DNA from: Octopus vulgaris
Lineage: Eukaryota
Length of the DNA stretch: 64,000 nucleotides
Direction of reading: 5' to 3'
Assembly (NCBI GenBank): GCA_951406725.2
Contig: OX597815.1
Span: forward strand, 15,624,001-15,688,000
The position numbers were made by a program, and so were the translations under genes. Each line of letters begins with the position of its first letter. The stretch's first letter is position 1. Below, one piece after another: positions 42,001 to 55,110 of the stretch. A model generated the notes under the pieces. It was not told where the DNA came from, ran no database searches, and was given only the letters and a program-made list of their open reading frames with translations.

Positions 42001-45000
42001 AAATTTTCGAAAAATTTTTGGGTAAAATTTTCAGTGAAAATTTTCGAAAAATTTTTGGGTAAAATTTTCGGTGAAAATCTTCAGAAAATTTTTGGGGAAA
42101 ATTTTCAGAAAATTTTCGGCGAAAATTTTTGAAAAATTTTTGGTGAAAATTTTCGGGAAAAATTTTCAGTGAATATTTTGGAAAAATTTTTGGGGAAAAT
42201 TTTCGAAAAATTTTGGGGAAAATTTTCAGTGAAAATTTTGGAAAATTTTTGGGGAAAATTTTCGAAAAATTTTGGGGGAAAATTTTCAGTGAAAATTTTC
42301 GGTGAATATTTTCGTGAAATTTTTGGGTAAAATTTTCAGTGAAAATTTTCGAAAAATTTTTGGGTAACATTTTCAGAAAATTTTCGGTGAAAATTTTCAG
42401 AAAATTTTTGGGTAAAATTTTCAGTGAAAATTTTCGAAAAATTTTTGGTCAAAATTTTCGGTCGAAATTTTTGGGGAAAATTTTCGGGAAATTTTGGGGG
42501 AAAATTTTTGAAAAATTTTTGGTGAAAATTTTCGGGTAACATTTTCAGAAAATTTTCGGTGAAAATTTTCAGAAAATTTTTGGGGAAAATTTTCGAAAAA
42601 TTTTGGGGGAAAATTTTCAGTGAAAATTTTCGGTGAATATTTTCGTGAAATTTTTGGGTAAAATTTTCAGTGAAAATTTTCGAAAAATTTTTGGGTAACA
42701 TTTTCAGAAAATTTTCGGTGAAAATTTTCAGAAAGTTTTTGGGGAAAATTTTCAGTGAAAATTTTCGAAAAATTTCTCTGAAAATTTTCGAAAAATTTTT
42801 GGGTAAAATTTTCGGTGAATATTTTCGTGAAATTTTTGGGTAAAATCTTCAATGAAAATTTTCGAAAAATTTTTGGGTAAAATTTTCAGTGAAAATTTTG
42901 GAAAAATTTTTGGTCAAAATTTTCGGTCGAAATTTTTGGGGAAAATTTTCGGGAAATTTTGGGGGAAAATTTTTGAAAAATTTTTGGTGAAAATTTTCGG
43001 GTAACATTTTCAGAAAATTTTCGGTGAAAATTTTCAGAAAATTTTGGGGAAAATTTTCGAAAAATTTTGGGGGAAAATTTTCAGTGAAAATTTTCGGTGA
43101 ATATTTTCGTGAAATTTTTGGGTAAAATTTTCAGTGAAAATTTTCGAAAAATTTTTGGGTAACATTTTCAGAAAATTTTCGGTGAAAATTTTCAGAAAGT
43201 TTTTGGGGAAAATTTTCAGTGAAAATTTTCGAAAAATTTCTCTGAAAATTTTCGAAAAATTTTTGGGTAAAATTTTCGGTGAATATTTTCGTGAAATTTT
43301 TGGGTAAAATCTTCAATGAAAATTTTCGAAAAATTTTTGGGTAAAATTTTCAGTGAAAATTTTCGAAAAATTTTTGGGTAAAATTTTCGGTGAAAATCTT
43401 CAGAAAATTTTTGGGGAAAATTTTCAGAAAATTTTCGGCGAAAATTTTTGAAAAATTTTTGGTGAAAATTTTCGGTCAAAGTCTTCGAAAAATTTTTGGT
43501 GAAAATTTTCGGTCAAATTTTGGAAAAATTTTGGGGAAAATTTTCGAAAATTTTGGGGGAAAATTTTCGGTCGAAATTTTTGGGGAAAATTTTCGGGAAA
43601 TTTTTGGGTAAAATTTTCAGTGAAAATTTTCGAAAATTTTTGGTCAAAATTTTCGGTCGAAATTTTTGGGGAAAATTTTCGGGAAATTTTGGGGAAAATT
43701 TTTGAAAAATTTTTGGTGAAAATTTTCGGGAAAATTTTCAGTGAAAATTTTGGAAAAATTTTTGGGGAAAATTTTGGAAAAATTTTTGGGGAAAATTTTC
43801 GAAAAATTTTTTGGGAAAATTTTCAGTGAAAATTTTGGAAAAATTTTTGGGGAAAATTTTCGAAAAATTTTGGGGGAAAATTTACAGTGAAAATTTTCGG
43901 TGAATATTTTCGTGAAATTTTTGGGGAAAATTTTCAGTGAAAATTTTCGAAAAATTTTGGGTAAAATTTTCAGTGAAAATTTTCGAAAAATTTCTCTGAA
44001 AATTTTCGAAAAATTTTTGGGTAAAATTTTCGGTGAATATTTTCGTGAAATTTTTGGGTAAAATCTTCTCTGAAAATTTTCGAAAAATTTTTGGGTAAAA
44101 TTTTCAGTGAAAATTTTCGAAAAATTTTTGGGTAAAATTTTCGGTGAAAATCTTCAGAAAATTTTTGGGGAAAATTTTCAGAAAATTTTCGGCGAAAATT
44201 TTTGAAAAATTTTTGGTGAAAATTTTCGGTCAAAGTCTTCGAAAAATTTTCGGGGAAAATTTTCAGTGAAAATTTTGGAAAAATTTTTGGGGAAAATTTT
44301 CGAAAAATTTTCGGGGAAAATTTTCAGTGAAAATTTTGGAAAAATTTTTGGGGAAAATTTTCGAAATCTTTTGGGGGAAAATTTTCAGTGAAAATTTTCG
44401 GTGAATATTTTCGTGAAATTTTTGGGGAAAATTTTCAGTGAAAATTTTCGGAAAATTTTCGGGTAAAATTTTTGGGTAAAATTTTCGGTGAAAATTTTCG
44501 AAGAATTTTTGGGGAAAATTTTCAGAAAATTTTCGGCGAAAATTTTTGAAAAATTTTTGGTGAAAATTTTCGAAACATTTTCGGTGAAAATTTTCGAAAC
44601 ATTTCTGGGTAAAATTTTCGGTCGAAATTTTTGGGGAAAATTTTCAGTGAAAATTTTGGAAAAATTTTTGGGGAAAATTTTCGAAAAATTTTGGGGGAAA
44701 ATTTTCGAAAAATTTTTGGGGAAAATTTTCGAAAAATTTTGGGGGAAAATTTACAGTGAAAATTTTCGGTGAATATTTTCGTGAAATTTTTGGGGAAAAT
44801 TTTCGAAAAATTGTTGGGTAAAATTTTCGGTGAAAATTTTCAGAAAATTTTTGGGGAAAATTTTCGGGAAATATTCGGGTAAAATTTTTGGGTAAAATTT
44901 TCGGTGAAAATTTTCGAAGAATTTTTGGGGAAAATTTTCAGAAAATTTTCGGCGAAAATTTTCAGAAAATTTTCGGCGAAAATTTTTGAAAAATTTTTGG

Positions 45001-45379
45001 TGAAAATTTTCGGTCAAAATTTTCGAAAAATTTTCGGTGAAAATTTTCGAAACATTTCTGGGTAAAATTTTCGGTCGAAATTTTTGGGGAAAATTTTCGG
45101 GAAATTTTTGGGGAAAATTTTCAGTGAAAATTTTCGAAAAATTTTTGGTCAAAATTTTCGGTCGAAATTTTTGGGGAAAATTTTCGGGAAATTTTGGGGG
45201 AAAATTTTCGGTGAATATTTTCGGGAATTTTTTAGGGAAAATTTTCATTGGGTAAAATTTTCTGTGAAAATTTTCAGAAAATTTTTGGGGAAAATTTTCG
45301 GTGAAAATTTTGGAAAAAGTTTTGGAGAAAATTTTCGAAACATTTCTGGGTAAAATTTTCGGTCGAAATTTTCGAAAAA
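39011..45379. repeat. 6.4-kb satellite of 11-13-bp variant monomers built on the palindrome GAAAATTTTC, with higher-order duplications
   Basis: Continuous A4-5T4-5 cores separated by short spacers (CAGTG, CGGTG, CG, GGGG, GGGT, CGTG). Identical or near-identical translated blocks recur at offsets of 464, 754 and 872 bp in the ORF track. Confidence 0.97.
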
Positions 45380-46489
45380 CTTAAAGGACCTATGTCTGTC
45401 CTTGTTTGTCCCCTGTATGTTTAACCCCTTGTGGGTAATAAAGAAATAGGTATAATGGGGGTGTACTTGTCGAGAGAGGTTAGGAGATGCAAGTATATAG
45501 ACATAGATAAAGGGATGACGAATAGCAAATGTCAGATACTGTCACCCTTTAAGTTACCACCAATACAGGCCAGAGTTCACGAAAGTGGCGGGGAGGGCGT
45601 TGTGATGATAATAAGGCGGTTGTAAAAGATAATGAAGATCTGAAGCTGAAGGGGACCTGATACTACTAGAAGTGAGGAGAGATTTAGGACTCATCTGGTT
45701 ATAGCGGTGCTAGAAATAGGTGCCCATAATATTGAATTTAAAGATCTGTAGTGTTGATGAAGGTGGGAACCGAGGGATAAAATTAAAGATTTAAAAGTGA
45801 CAAAAAATTCAGTCGAAAATAAAGATAAATTCATAAATGAAGGACATTTATTTATTATGTTTAAGTATAGTGAAATTATAAAGCCCAGAGACGAAGGTGA
45901 TATAGTGCTAATGGACAATAGAAATGAGATATAGTAATTATATTAGTGAAGAGAACATGAAAGTTAAATTAATTATATATATATCTTAGTAATTCGTGTA
46001 TAACTCCAAACCACCAGAAGAAGGAACTAGTAGTGTTCTATTAGGTACGAGAGCGTTTTGATATTCTGTTAGTTATAATCTAGGTTAGAGGCGTTAAATG
46101 TGAAATGAAGAAGAGAATGAGAATCTTCAAAGAAAAGATAAAAAGATATGGAGATACCGTGGTTTTACTAATTTAATTAAGTAAGCTCATATAATATCTA
46201 AACTATATGTTATGAGAATCAAAAGTAAAACTTGAATGACTTAAAAATTTGTGGACACACGTAGGGAAGGCTTCATGCTGCTTGTTTAATAATTGTTCAA
46301 CCGGAACCCTCGTCGTCGTAACCGACGGAGTGCTTCCATCCCACTTCGATAACTTAGATGACAGAAGTGGTTTCCGGCGAATATATAATGAAAGAATAAA
46401 ATAATCGGTTCGATCCGCGCTCTAAGTAGCCGAAGCCCTGGGGTTTAACTACTGGGGCTAATTTCCCAGCGAACTAGTTATATAATTTA

Positions 46490-46875
46490 CTAGCAGTATC
46501 GCCCGGCGTTGCTCAGGTTTGTAAGGGAAATAACTATAAAGCATTTTTAGAGAGTTATAGCCAAAAAATAGCAAAAAAATGGAAAAAAAATTATGGTAAA
46601 TTTTTTTTTGAGAGTTAAAAAAGGTCGAGTTGCGTCCCCTAGACAGTCTGTGGTTTGTGTTTCTGATTCTCGACCCCATGTCGAATTTATCGATTTTTTT
46701 CAGAACTGGGGGAACTTTTCAAAATTTTCGCTGCGTTAGTTTTGAATTATGACATTGGGCTATGTGTGTGTCAAGTTTCATCATAATCGGTTGAAAGCCG
46801 TGGTCAGGGTGAGGGTACAACCTAACAGACACACAGAAACACACACAGACAAACTGCCGTTTATATAGAGAGAGA
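46490..46875 (-). mobile_element. Non-autonomous Helitron
   Basis: Nearly identical to 30959-31332, with TC...CTAG termini. Confidence 0.8.
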
Positions 46876-47002
46876 TTAAACATGTGGTATATGATTCTGT
46901 ATATATATATATTTATTCATAACCCATGATGTTTTGGTATTGCAGTTGATTGCAGTTGTAAAAATATGTGAGCTATGTGCGTGTGTGTGCGTGTGTGTGC
47001 GC

Positions 47003-47086
<84 letters not shown>

Positions 47087-47609
47087 GTGAGCTTATTGTT
47101 TAGCATGAAGGAGAAAATATAAACATTGAGGGGGTTACACAGAAGTTACAAACAGTTTAGTTCTGAAATGGGGTGGGATTACGGAAAGTATTTAGTACGA
47201 GACATTGTTATGACGAGAAGAGAGGGGGTAGGTGCAAAGTGTAAGTCAAAAGTGGGGGGGGGGTATAGTGTTTATGTAGTTGTACCGTACGGTGCTGTCA
47301 AAGGATGCTGAATTGCCGATGTTCCCTACATGATATTCTTGAGGTCACGGCTATTTTGAGGGTGTGTGTGTGTTTATCGAGTGGGATGTGTTTAATAAGC
47401 GTGTGGGCGAGTCCTGTGTGCAGATCTTAAGGAAGGCGTGAAAGATGTCATCTTCATTGCAACGTGTTTGAAGCTGTACGTAAACAAAAGAATGTGAAAG
47501 AAATGAAGAGACTCGAGTTGAAAGTGACGGTTGGAAAGACTACTGTCAACACATGCTGACCGAAAGTTTGTAATTAGAGATGAGTTAGCTTTGTATCAGG
47601 ACAAAATTG

Positions 47610-48022
47610 GGATCTTTTCGGTTTGAACGGCAGTTTTTAACATGATTTCTAGGTAACTAAAAAATTTTAAACTTCCCATACTGGTAGAATGTGTTTATAA
47701 AGCAATCTTTTTCTCTTGGCTTTATTGAGAAAATTCTATGGTTTGTAAGATATTTGTTGTTGTTTTTTTCTTCAATTTCTGCAATTTCAACCAATCACTG
47801 ACGTCTATTGAGGTAAAAACATTCTGTGCCATGTGAATATGTCCCTCGTTTAAGAAACAGATTGGGTTTATTTACATTTGTGAAGAAAAAAATATACCCT
47901 TCCCCCACCCCTAACCCTAAAAGAGATTGAAATGCAATAGATCGATTCTAGGGTCATAATTATGGGTGACAATTTCATATGACACCGCTAGAAAAAAACT
48001 GCCGTTCAAATCGAAAAGATCC
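47610..48022. mobile_element. MITE, Merlin-like
   Basis: TIRs GGATCTTTTCGGTTTGAACGGCAGTTTTT / AAAAACTGCCGTTCAAATCGAAAAGATCC, flanked by an 8-bp TSD CAAAATTG (47602-47609 and 48023-48030). 5'-GG ends with an 8-bp TSD fit Merlin. Confidence 0.8.
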
Positions 48023-48154
48023 CAAAATTGCCAGGTGATTATTTAAACAAATAATACCCTCAGTTTAGGAATAAATATTCCGAGTTCGAATTTCATCTTT
48101 TACTGTATACATATGTAACGAAGATGAGGTGAGTGAGAAAGATGTATGTGGAAA

Positions 48155-48519
48155 TCTCTATATATATAAACGGCAAAATGTCTGCGTGTGTGTCCTTTAT
48201 ACAAATCCACAATTTTTCAGTTAGAGGGCTCGAACTTTCTATGGTCATTCAAAACTATCCAAGGGTGGTCGTGCACATCTTTACATTTCCCCAGTCACCC
48301 CGCAAAGCCATTAAAAAAATCAATAGAAGTAACTTTTTTGTGAATTTTCTATCCAAAGCCCAATCAAAATGCTCGAAACTTGATACACCAATTGAATGCC
48401 AGCTAGCTGTATGTGATTGGTCGGAGATTTGGACAGTACTCGCGCGCATATGTGCACGCACGCAGCCGTATATGCATGCACTAGCACTATGACCCGGTAA
48501 CGCCGGGTCATAGCGCTAG
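48155..48519 (+). mobile_element. Non-autonomous Helitron
   Basis: A|TCTCTATATATATAAACGGC start; long 3' hairpin CTAGCACTATGACCCGG-TAACG-CCGGGTCATAGCGCTAG|T. Confidence 0.8.
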
Positions 48520-49658
48520 TGGATATATATAATTTGAGATGAAATGAACTGGTAAGCGACGATTTATGATTGCCTTAATAAATTAACATAACATTACAGG
48601 TTATTACAAACATGTATGAGAGAATTTCATGGTTAGACTGGGCTGTTGATGCTGTAGACATGGTTGACCTACTGTTGGTGGTGTGTAGAGGTAGCTGTTG
48701 GTCTGTGTGGTCTTCATACAGCAATGATGAAGACAGGCGTCTGATGGAGATGAAAGCGGAGTCTGGCTGGTATCAGAACATCGTTGCTGGAGACGAGTTG
48801 CGTGTGTGGTCAGTGACGCGTGCCAAAGACCTAGAACAGTCGAGAAACGCCGTACTTATGGGGAATAGATGGCTCCCAGAAGCTGGTGAAATATTTCCCG
48901 CGTAAGGAAAAATAAACTGCTGCGCCAACACGATTAGACGGCTGAAAACTGACCAATAGAAACAACCGGTTCGTCTACTGACGAGGTCATGTGACAGCTG
49001 GAATGAAAAGGCCTTGTGGGGCCGATATTGGGGTATTCAAGTCTAGATGTGTCAAACTGAAAACATTTCTGACAATTACACTTCTGCTACGCATATCCAG
49101 GAAGGGGAGTGCTGACAATCGGAGATCAAACCCATTGAAACATTGAGTCGATAAAAATATTTTATAAATGTTCACCATTATTCTTAAAGAAAATACTGGG
49201 AATTTTTTAAAGTTTATTATTATTATTGTTATTATAATTATTATTATTATTATTATTATTAATATTATCATCATCATCATCATCGTTATTGTTATTGTTA
49301 TTATTATTATTATTATTATTGGATCTTTTCTAAAAGATGGACAGAATTTTCTACTTAACTAAATAATTTGAAACTTTGTATACTGGTAGAATGTGTCAAA
49401 AGAAAACATCAATTTCAATTAGTTTTATTTGAGAAAAATGTATTTTGTAACTTTTACGTAGTTTAATTCTTTGAATTTTAACCAATCGTATTCTCTGTTT
49501 TGAGCTCAATTCATTGCTACCGTGTTATTCATCCTTATCACTGTCTTCTGTTTTCTGTCTTCAAAGGCTTCTCGCATGTTTATTTCAATGTCATCCCTGA
49601 CTTACGGAACGATTACCTGTGTGTGTGTGTTGGTGTGTATGTGTATGCGTGTGTGTAT

Positions 49659-49707
<49 letters not shown>

Positions 49708-50439
49708 AGTGTACAGCATTATATATCCATTACGGCCGATCTTACAAATCAGTTTCGCACTAAGGGTTCAACGGGGTGTTAGGTAATAGCTCTATTATGT
49801 AAGCCTGCGCTCTTCAGAGATGGCAGTTATGGAATGAACTATGGGGACTGCTCTTTATTGTCGGAGATGAACAGACACATCTGGTTTGCAGTTGCTGTGA
49901 AAAGACGATGAAGCGGACCGAACAAAGTGTTAAGTTAAGAGTTATGACATTTGGAACCAAAACACCATCTCTGGGGTGTTGTGAGGTGACAAGAGCTTTC
50001 TGAAAAGAGTGTATGGGAAGTGTATGCATGTTTTAGGATTGGTGTTCTTATAGAAGTGGAATGTGTGCAGCGTTTTCAGGGCGGGATTGTGTCCAGAGGC
50101 TGCATACACACCTATGTTCGTTAGTGTGTTTTTCTTTCCTTTAATGTTTTGGTTGAATTCTTTGGGGCATTTATGTATGAATGGAATGTGTGTAGGGGTA
50201 CAACATATGTAGGAGTTTGCATTGGTGACGTGTGGAAAAGGGTCTGGAATAGGATGGATATCTGCTGTGTTAAGGCATGTGTGTTTGTGAGTGCGTTGGT
50301 GCATGTTCTGGTCAAACATTTTGCCGGATTCTCAGGTATTAGTGGAGAGAGGGCTGAACCTAGGGGGTTGGGAATTATTGTTAGGATGGGGTACTTCCTT
50401 CCATGTAGGCAAGGATTATAATTTTCCCCTTCTGCTGTT

Positions 50440-50580
50440 CAGGTAGACGCCTGGGACCTGAGAACGCTTTAATATCTCTCTTTTGTTAGCCAGACATAAT
50501 CTGCACTTCCTGCTACTATTGAAGTACGCTTTACATTTCTCTAGAATCCATCACTTTATGCTGTACTCGGTGGAGCTTTC
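50440..50580 (-). mobile_element. Penelope-like element endonuclease C-terminal relic
   Basis: Minus-strand WILEKCKAYFNSSRKCRLCLANKREIL resembles the PLE GIY-YIG tail W.IL....AY....K.C.LCL.EK..I. Confidence 0.6.
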
Positions 50581-51871
50581 TTGTTATATTCGGGGATGGT
50601 CATATTTTGCCAATTAAACACACGCACTGTATACTTGGTTTTCATTGCAACTTTATTTTTATTATTATTTTAGTTTCTTTCGCCACACATCCTGCAACCT
50701 CTTCTATGATTCTCTATCCCACGTGTCACCTCTTATTCTGTTTAAATGGAATAAGTAGATAAATAGACAGACAGGTGTAGTATCTTCCATTTGCTTTGGA
50801 CTGTAGCCATGCTATGACACTGCATTGAAGGGTTTACTTGAATAAATTGACTCTAGTACATTTTTTCAAGTATGATACTGACTCTTCTATCGGTTTCTTT
50901 TGCCGAACCGCTAATGTACGAGGACACAAAATAAATCAACACCGGTTGTCATGCAATGGTGTGGGACCAAATACAACACAACCACAAGCACGTATACACA
51001 CATACCAAATCCACTCAGAAGGCTTTGCTCGGCACGACTATAGTAGAAGACGCCCAATGTGCCCTGCAGTGGGACTAAGCCCAGGACCACAAGGTTGGGA
51101 AGAAAGCTTCTTAACAACACGGCCACACCTTATGTGTTAGCAGTTTTCAATATCGAGGCCAACAGAGTTGAGGTTCAACAGAGTAACCCACAGATTTCAG
51201 CCAGCACTTAATTGCCTTTTTGTCGAATTTCATTATTTACAATATCGTCAAGGACAGTCAGTAACAATAAAAACCGAAAGGGGTTCGGGTGATCCCTCTT
51301 TTTTCTATCCACGGTGATATCGTAAGACTGACAGCTTTAATTTACTATGCAGTATTGGCTGAAACCTGTAGAATAATTCTGCTGTACAGTAAAACATATA
51401 TGTGCGTGTATATGTTATGTATACGTGTGTGTATGTATATGTGTTTATATGCGTAATTGAAAATATGTGTGTGGCTGCATATCATGTCCACGTTTGTCCT
51501 CTTTCTTCCAAGCAATAGGGATGTCTTTTTCCCAAATGTTGCATGTACTTTGGAGAATTATTTATTCTTGGCGTTATCTCCCCTTCTCATATGGAGCTGT
51601 TCTCAATTGCCTATTGGTAGCTGTGACACATACACTAGCGGTGGAGAAAGTTTTACTAAATCAAGAATTTGTTATATCGTATTTGATATACATGTATTTG
51701 TCCATGTTGTTCATTTACATACCACTCACCACTCACCATTCTTATTTCTCTTATTTCCGTGGTTACTTCTCTTAGATCATTTTTGCTTAACTTATGCCAA
51801 TCACCTAGATCATAAATATATTCTACTTCTTTTGTATATTTCTACGTTCCTTGACTACATGAGACAGGTTG

Positions 51872-51929
51872 GGACAATTGTCATACTGATGATGCCTGTT
51901 CAGGTAGAAACAAGTGTCTACGATTGTCC
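51872..51929 (+). ncRNA. Type I hammerhead ribozyme
   Basis: CTGATGA (51886-92), stem II tgcct-gttc-aggta, GAAA (51907-10), stem III AC-AAGT-GT, cleavage triplet GTC (cut after 51918). Stem I is tcata/tacga plus distal ggacaat/attgtcc. Confidence 0.8.
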
Positions 51930-52034
51930 TTTTATTGTCAGACAATAAGTCTGCCATTTCCTTTAATGGCATGTCACCTTTGGTGAATAATTGAGGTTAC
52001 CTTCCCTTTTCTTATGGCACTATTGTCAATTACC

Positions 52035-52448
52035 TATTTCTTTACTACCCACAAGGGGCTAAACACAGAGACGACAAACAAGGACAGCCAAACGGACTAA
52101 GTCGATTATATCGACCCCAGTGCGTAACTGGTACTTATTTCATCGACCCCGAAAGGATGAAAGGCAAAGTCGACCTCGGCGGAATTTGAACTCAGAACGT
52201 AACGGCAGACGAAATACCTAATTCTTTATTACCCACAAGGGGCTAAACACATAGAGGACAAACAAGGACAGACGTAGGTATTAAGTCGATTACATCGAAC
52301 CAGTGCGTAACTGGTACTTAATTTATCGACCCCGAAAGGATGAAAGGCAAAGTCGACCTCGGCGGAATTTGAACTCAGAACGTAACGGCAGACGAAATAC
52401 CGCTAAGCATATCGCCCGGCGTGCTTACGTTTCTGCCAGCTCGCCGCC
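52035..52448 (-). mobile_element. SINE family B dimer (head + 2 body units)
   Basis: Flanked by TSD TCAATTACC (52026-34 and 52449-57); the internal junction is at the same position as in the larger arrays. Confidence 0.9.
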
Positions 52449-52688
52449 TCAATTACCATTTGGCAGGTGTAACACATTTTCTGGAGACGGAGATGATTCC
52501 AATGAATCAAGAATTTATGTTGTATGGTATTTGACATACCTGTATTTGTCTATATTGTTCATACACATGTGACTAGTCACTCCGAGTTATTAACTCATTG
52601 TTTTGTTTAACAGACATACACACACACACAAGCACGCGCACACAATATATATATACGCACATTTATAAGAGAATGTGTCTCTCACTCC

Positions 52689-52737
<49 letters not shown>

Positions 52738-52920
52738 TTGTTTACTTCGTAGTCAACAATGTCGACAACATTGCATTCTTTTAGCCATGAAAGCTATTCT
52801 TAGAACAGAGGAGGAATCAGATGAGTGAGACTTGCGAGATGTGGCTGAGGGGCTCGGCTTCACTGCATGGGTGGCATTAGAATGACACTCCTACAACCAC
52901 AGTTACTGACACCACCAAAC

Positions 52921-52968
<48 letters not shown>

Positions 52969-53179
52969 GGTGTGTGTGAGGTTGTAGTAGTAGTAGTATA
53001 TTATTACTACCTCCGCTACAAATGGTAATATTGCCACCCTTAACTTTTATTACTTCTGCTGTGACTATCACCAATACTACGCAACTACAATTACTATTAC
53101 TATTTCTACTACAGTAACAATTACAACTACCACTATTACTACACTACACCAACAATTACTACTATTACTATTGCTAATT

Positions 53180-53187
53180 ATTATTGC

Positions 53188-53223
<36 letters not shown>

Positions 53224-53733
53224 GTTTTTTCCTTCCTTCTTCAAATTTTCTTCCAAATTCTCGCCGGGTGTTTTCCATACACCTAGGGCAGAGAAGCTCA
53301 TTGTATGCATTCCCAGATTACACACGCAAATTCACAGATAAAATATGTATTTAAAAATTAATAAATAAATAAATTCATGGATGGATGTTATTTTCACTGC
53401 GATAATGCTCTTCTCAGTACATGAGCCGTTCCAGTTAATATGATTTTTGCACTTCCTGTAGGGATGGTAAGCCTGGAATCATTTTCAAATAGGTTTCAGT
53501 ACCTTTTTTTATCATTCCTAGAGATCCTACAATTACTGGTACTGTAGTTGCCTTAAGATGCCACATTTTATCAATTTCTATTAGCAGGTCTTTATATTTA
53601 CTAATCTTGTCAAATTCTTTCGCCACTATATTGTGATCGCAAGGGATACTCATGTCAGTTAATAAACACATCTTTTTTGTCTGATCTTTTATAATAATAT
53701 CCGGTTTATTAGCTTTTATAGTCTTGTCAGTCT
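53180..53733 (-). mobile_element. Dong/R4 LINE 3' end with restriction-like endonuclease and a (TAA)n tail
   Basis: TDKTIKANKPDIIIKD...CLLTDMSIP.D.N...KEFDKISKYKDL...VPVIVGSLG is the PD-(D/E)xK RLE motif, followed by a 3' UTR and (TAA)n. Confidence 0.9.
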
Positions 53734-53734
53734 A

Positions 53735-54235
53735 GCAGTGCGTGCCGTCAAAGTGACACTGGGCAACAAGTATACGAAGCCCAGTATACCCATCATGACT
53801 ACCCGTCTGATAAGGGTACACCAGGCATATGCATCACAACCATATGTGCGCGACATGGGGGATCTCATATCAAGATAAACAGCGCATGACCTTGCAGGTG
53901 AGGCCCAGTTAGAATTTTCTTCTGGTCGAGTAACCCATCCTGCTCAAAAGGTCCCTGAATAAGGGTTGCTTCAACACATGGCTATGATGCTCCCCCACTA
54001 CTTCTGCTCGTGATCAGAGATGCACATATCGTCAGCCACTAAGGGACATGCTCAACTGGTTAAGGTCAAACAACTGACGAGCAAATCTGTGGTATTGAGC
54101 AGAATATTTGCTGTAGTCCATCTTTTATACCAAGACAAAAGAATGTACATGATAACACTTCCAATCAGTTAAGATCAGAAGCCACCGCCTGGTACTGCAC
54201 CAGGGTATTTATTATTATTATTATTATTATTATTA
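53735..54235 (+). mobile_element. Retro-repeat family D, most complete copy
   Basis: Homologous to the 11095, 12176 and 55175 copies; ends in (ATT)n. Confidence 0.8.
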
Positions 54236-54583
54236 CTGAGAAATATGTTACAGCAAGTTATCAAACGTTCTGTAGTCGCTACGTTCTGAGTTCTGAGTTC
54301 AAATTCTGCCGAGGTTGACTTTGCCTTTCATCCTTTCGGAGTCAATAAAATAAGGATCAGTGAAACCCTGAGGTCGATGTAATCGACTAGTCCTCCTCCC
54401 CAAAATTTCAGGCCTTGTGCCTATAGTAGAAAAGATTAGTAGTAGTAGTAGTAGTGAGGAATACGTTACAGCAAGTTATCAAATGTTTTGTAGTCCCCAA
54501 CAACAAAACAATGTACATGATAACACTTCCAATCGGTTAAGATGGGAAGCCATGAAAGCCACTGTCTGGTACTGCATCAGGGC

Positions 54584-54616
<33 letters not shown>

Positions 54617-54669
54617 ATCATCATCACTCTAGGAAGAAGGCCTTGGAAATTTTTTGAAGAAAGGGGCTA

Positions 54670-54984
54670 GTCGGTTACATCGACCCCAAAAGGATGAAAG
54701 GCAAAGTCGACCTCGGCGGAATTTGAACTCAGAACGTAAAGACAAACGAAATACCTATTTCTTTACTACCCACAAGGGCTAAACACAGAAAGGACAAACA
54801 GGGACAGACAAACGGATTAAGTCGATTATTATCGATCCCAGTGCGTAACTGGTACTTAATTTATCGACCCCGAAAGGATGAAAGGCAAAGTCGACCTTGG
54901 CAGAATTTGAACTCAGAACGTAACGGCAGACGAAATACCGCTAAGCATTTCACCCGGCATGCTAACCTTTCTGCCAGCTCACCT

Positions 54985-54985
<1 letters not shown>
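54670..54985 (-). mobile_element. SINE family B (head + about 1.5 body units)
   Basis: The same GAAATACC|TATTTC junction occurs at about 54755. Confidence 0.85.
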
Positions 54986-55033
<48 letters not shown>

Positions 55034-55034
<1 letters not shown>

Positions 55035-55110
55035 CCCACGGGCATATGGCATAGTGGTTAAGAGCGCGGGCTACTAACCCCAAGATTCCGAGTTCGATTC
55101 CAGGTAGTGA

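Noticed and set aside
39267-45353. KIF/ENF-rich ORFs in the satellite
   Set aside because: They are by-products of the palindromic repeat, with frequent frame changes and similar peptides on both strands.
47909-47920. Interstitial telomere (CCCTAA)2
   Set aside because: Only two units, inside a MITE.
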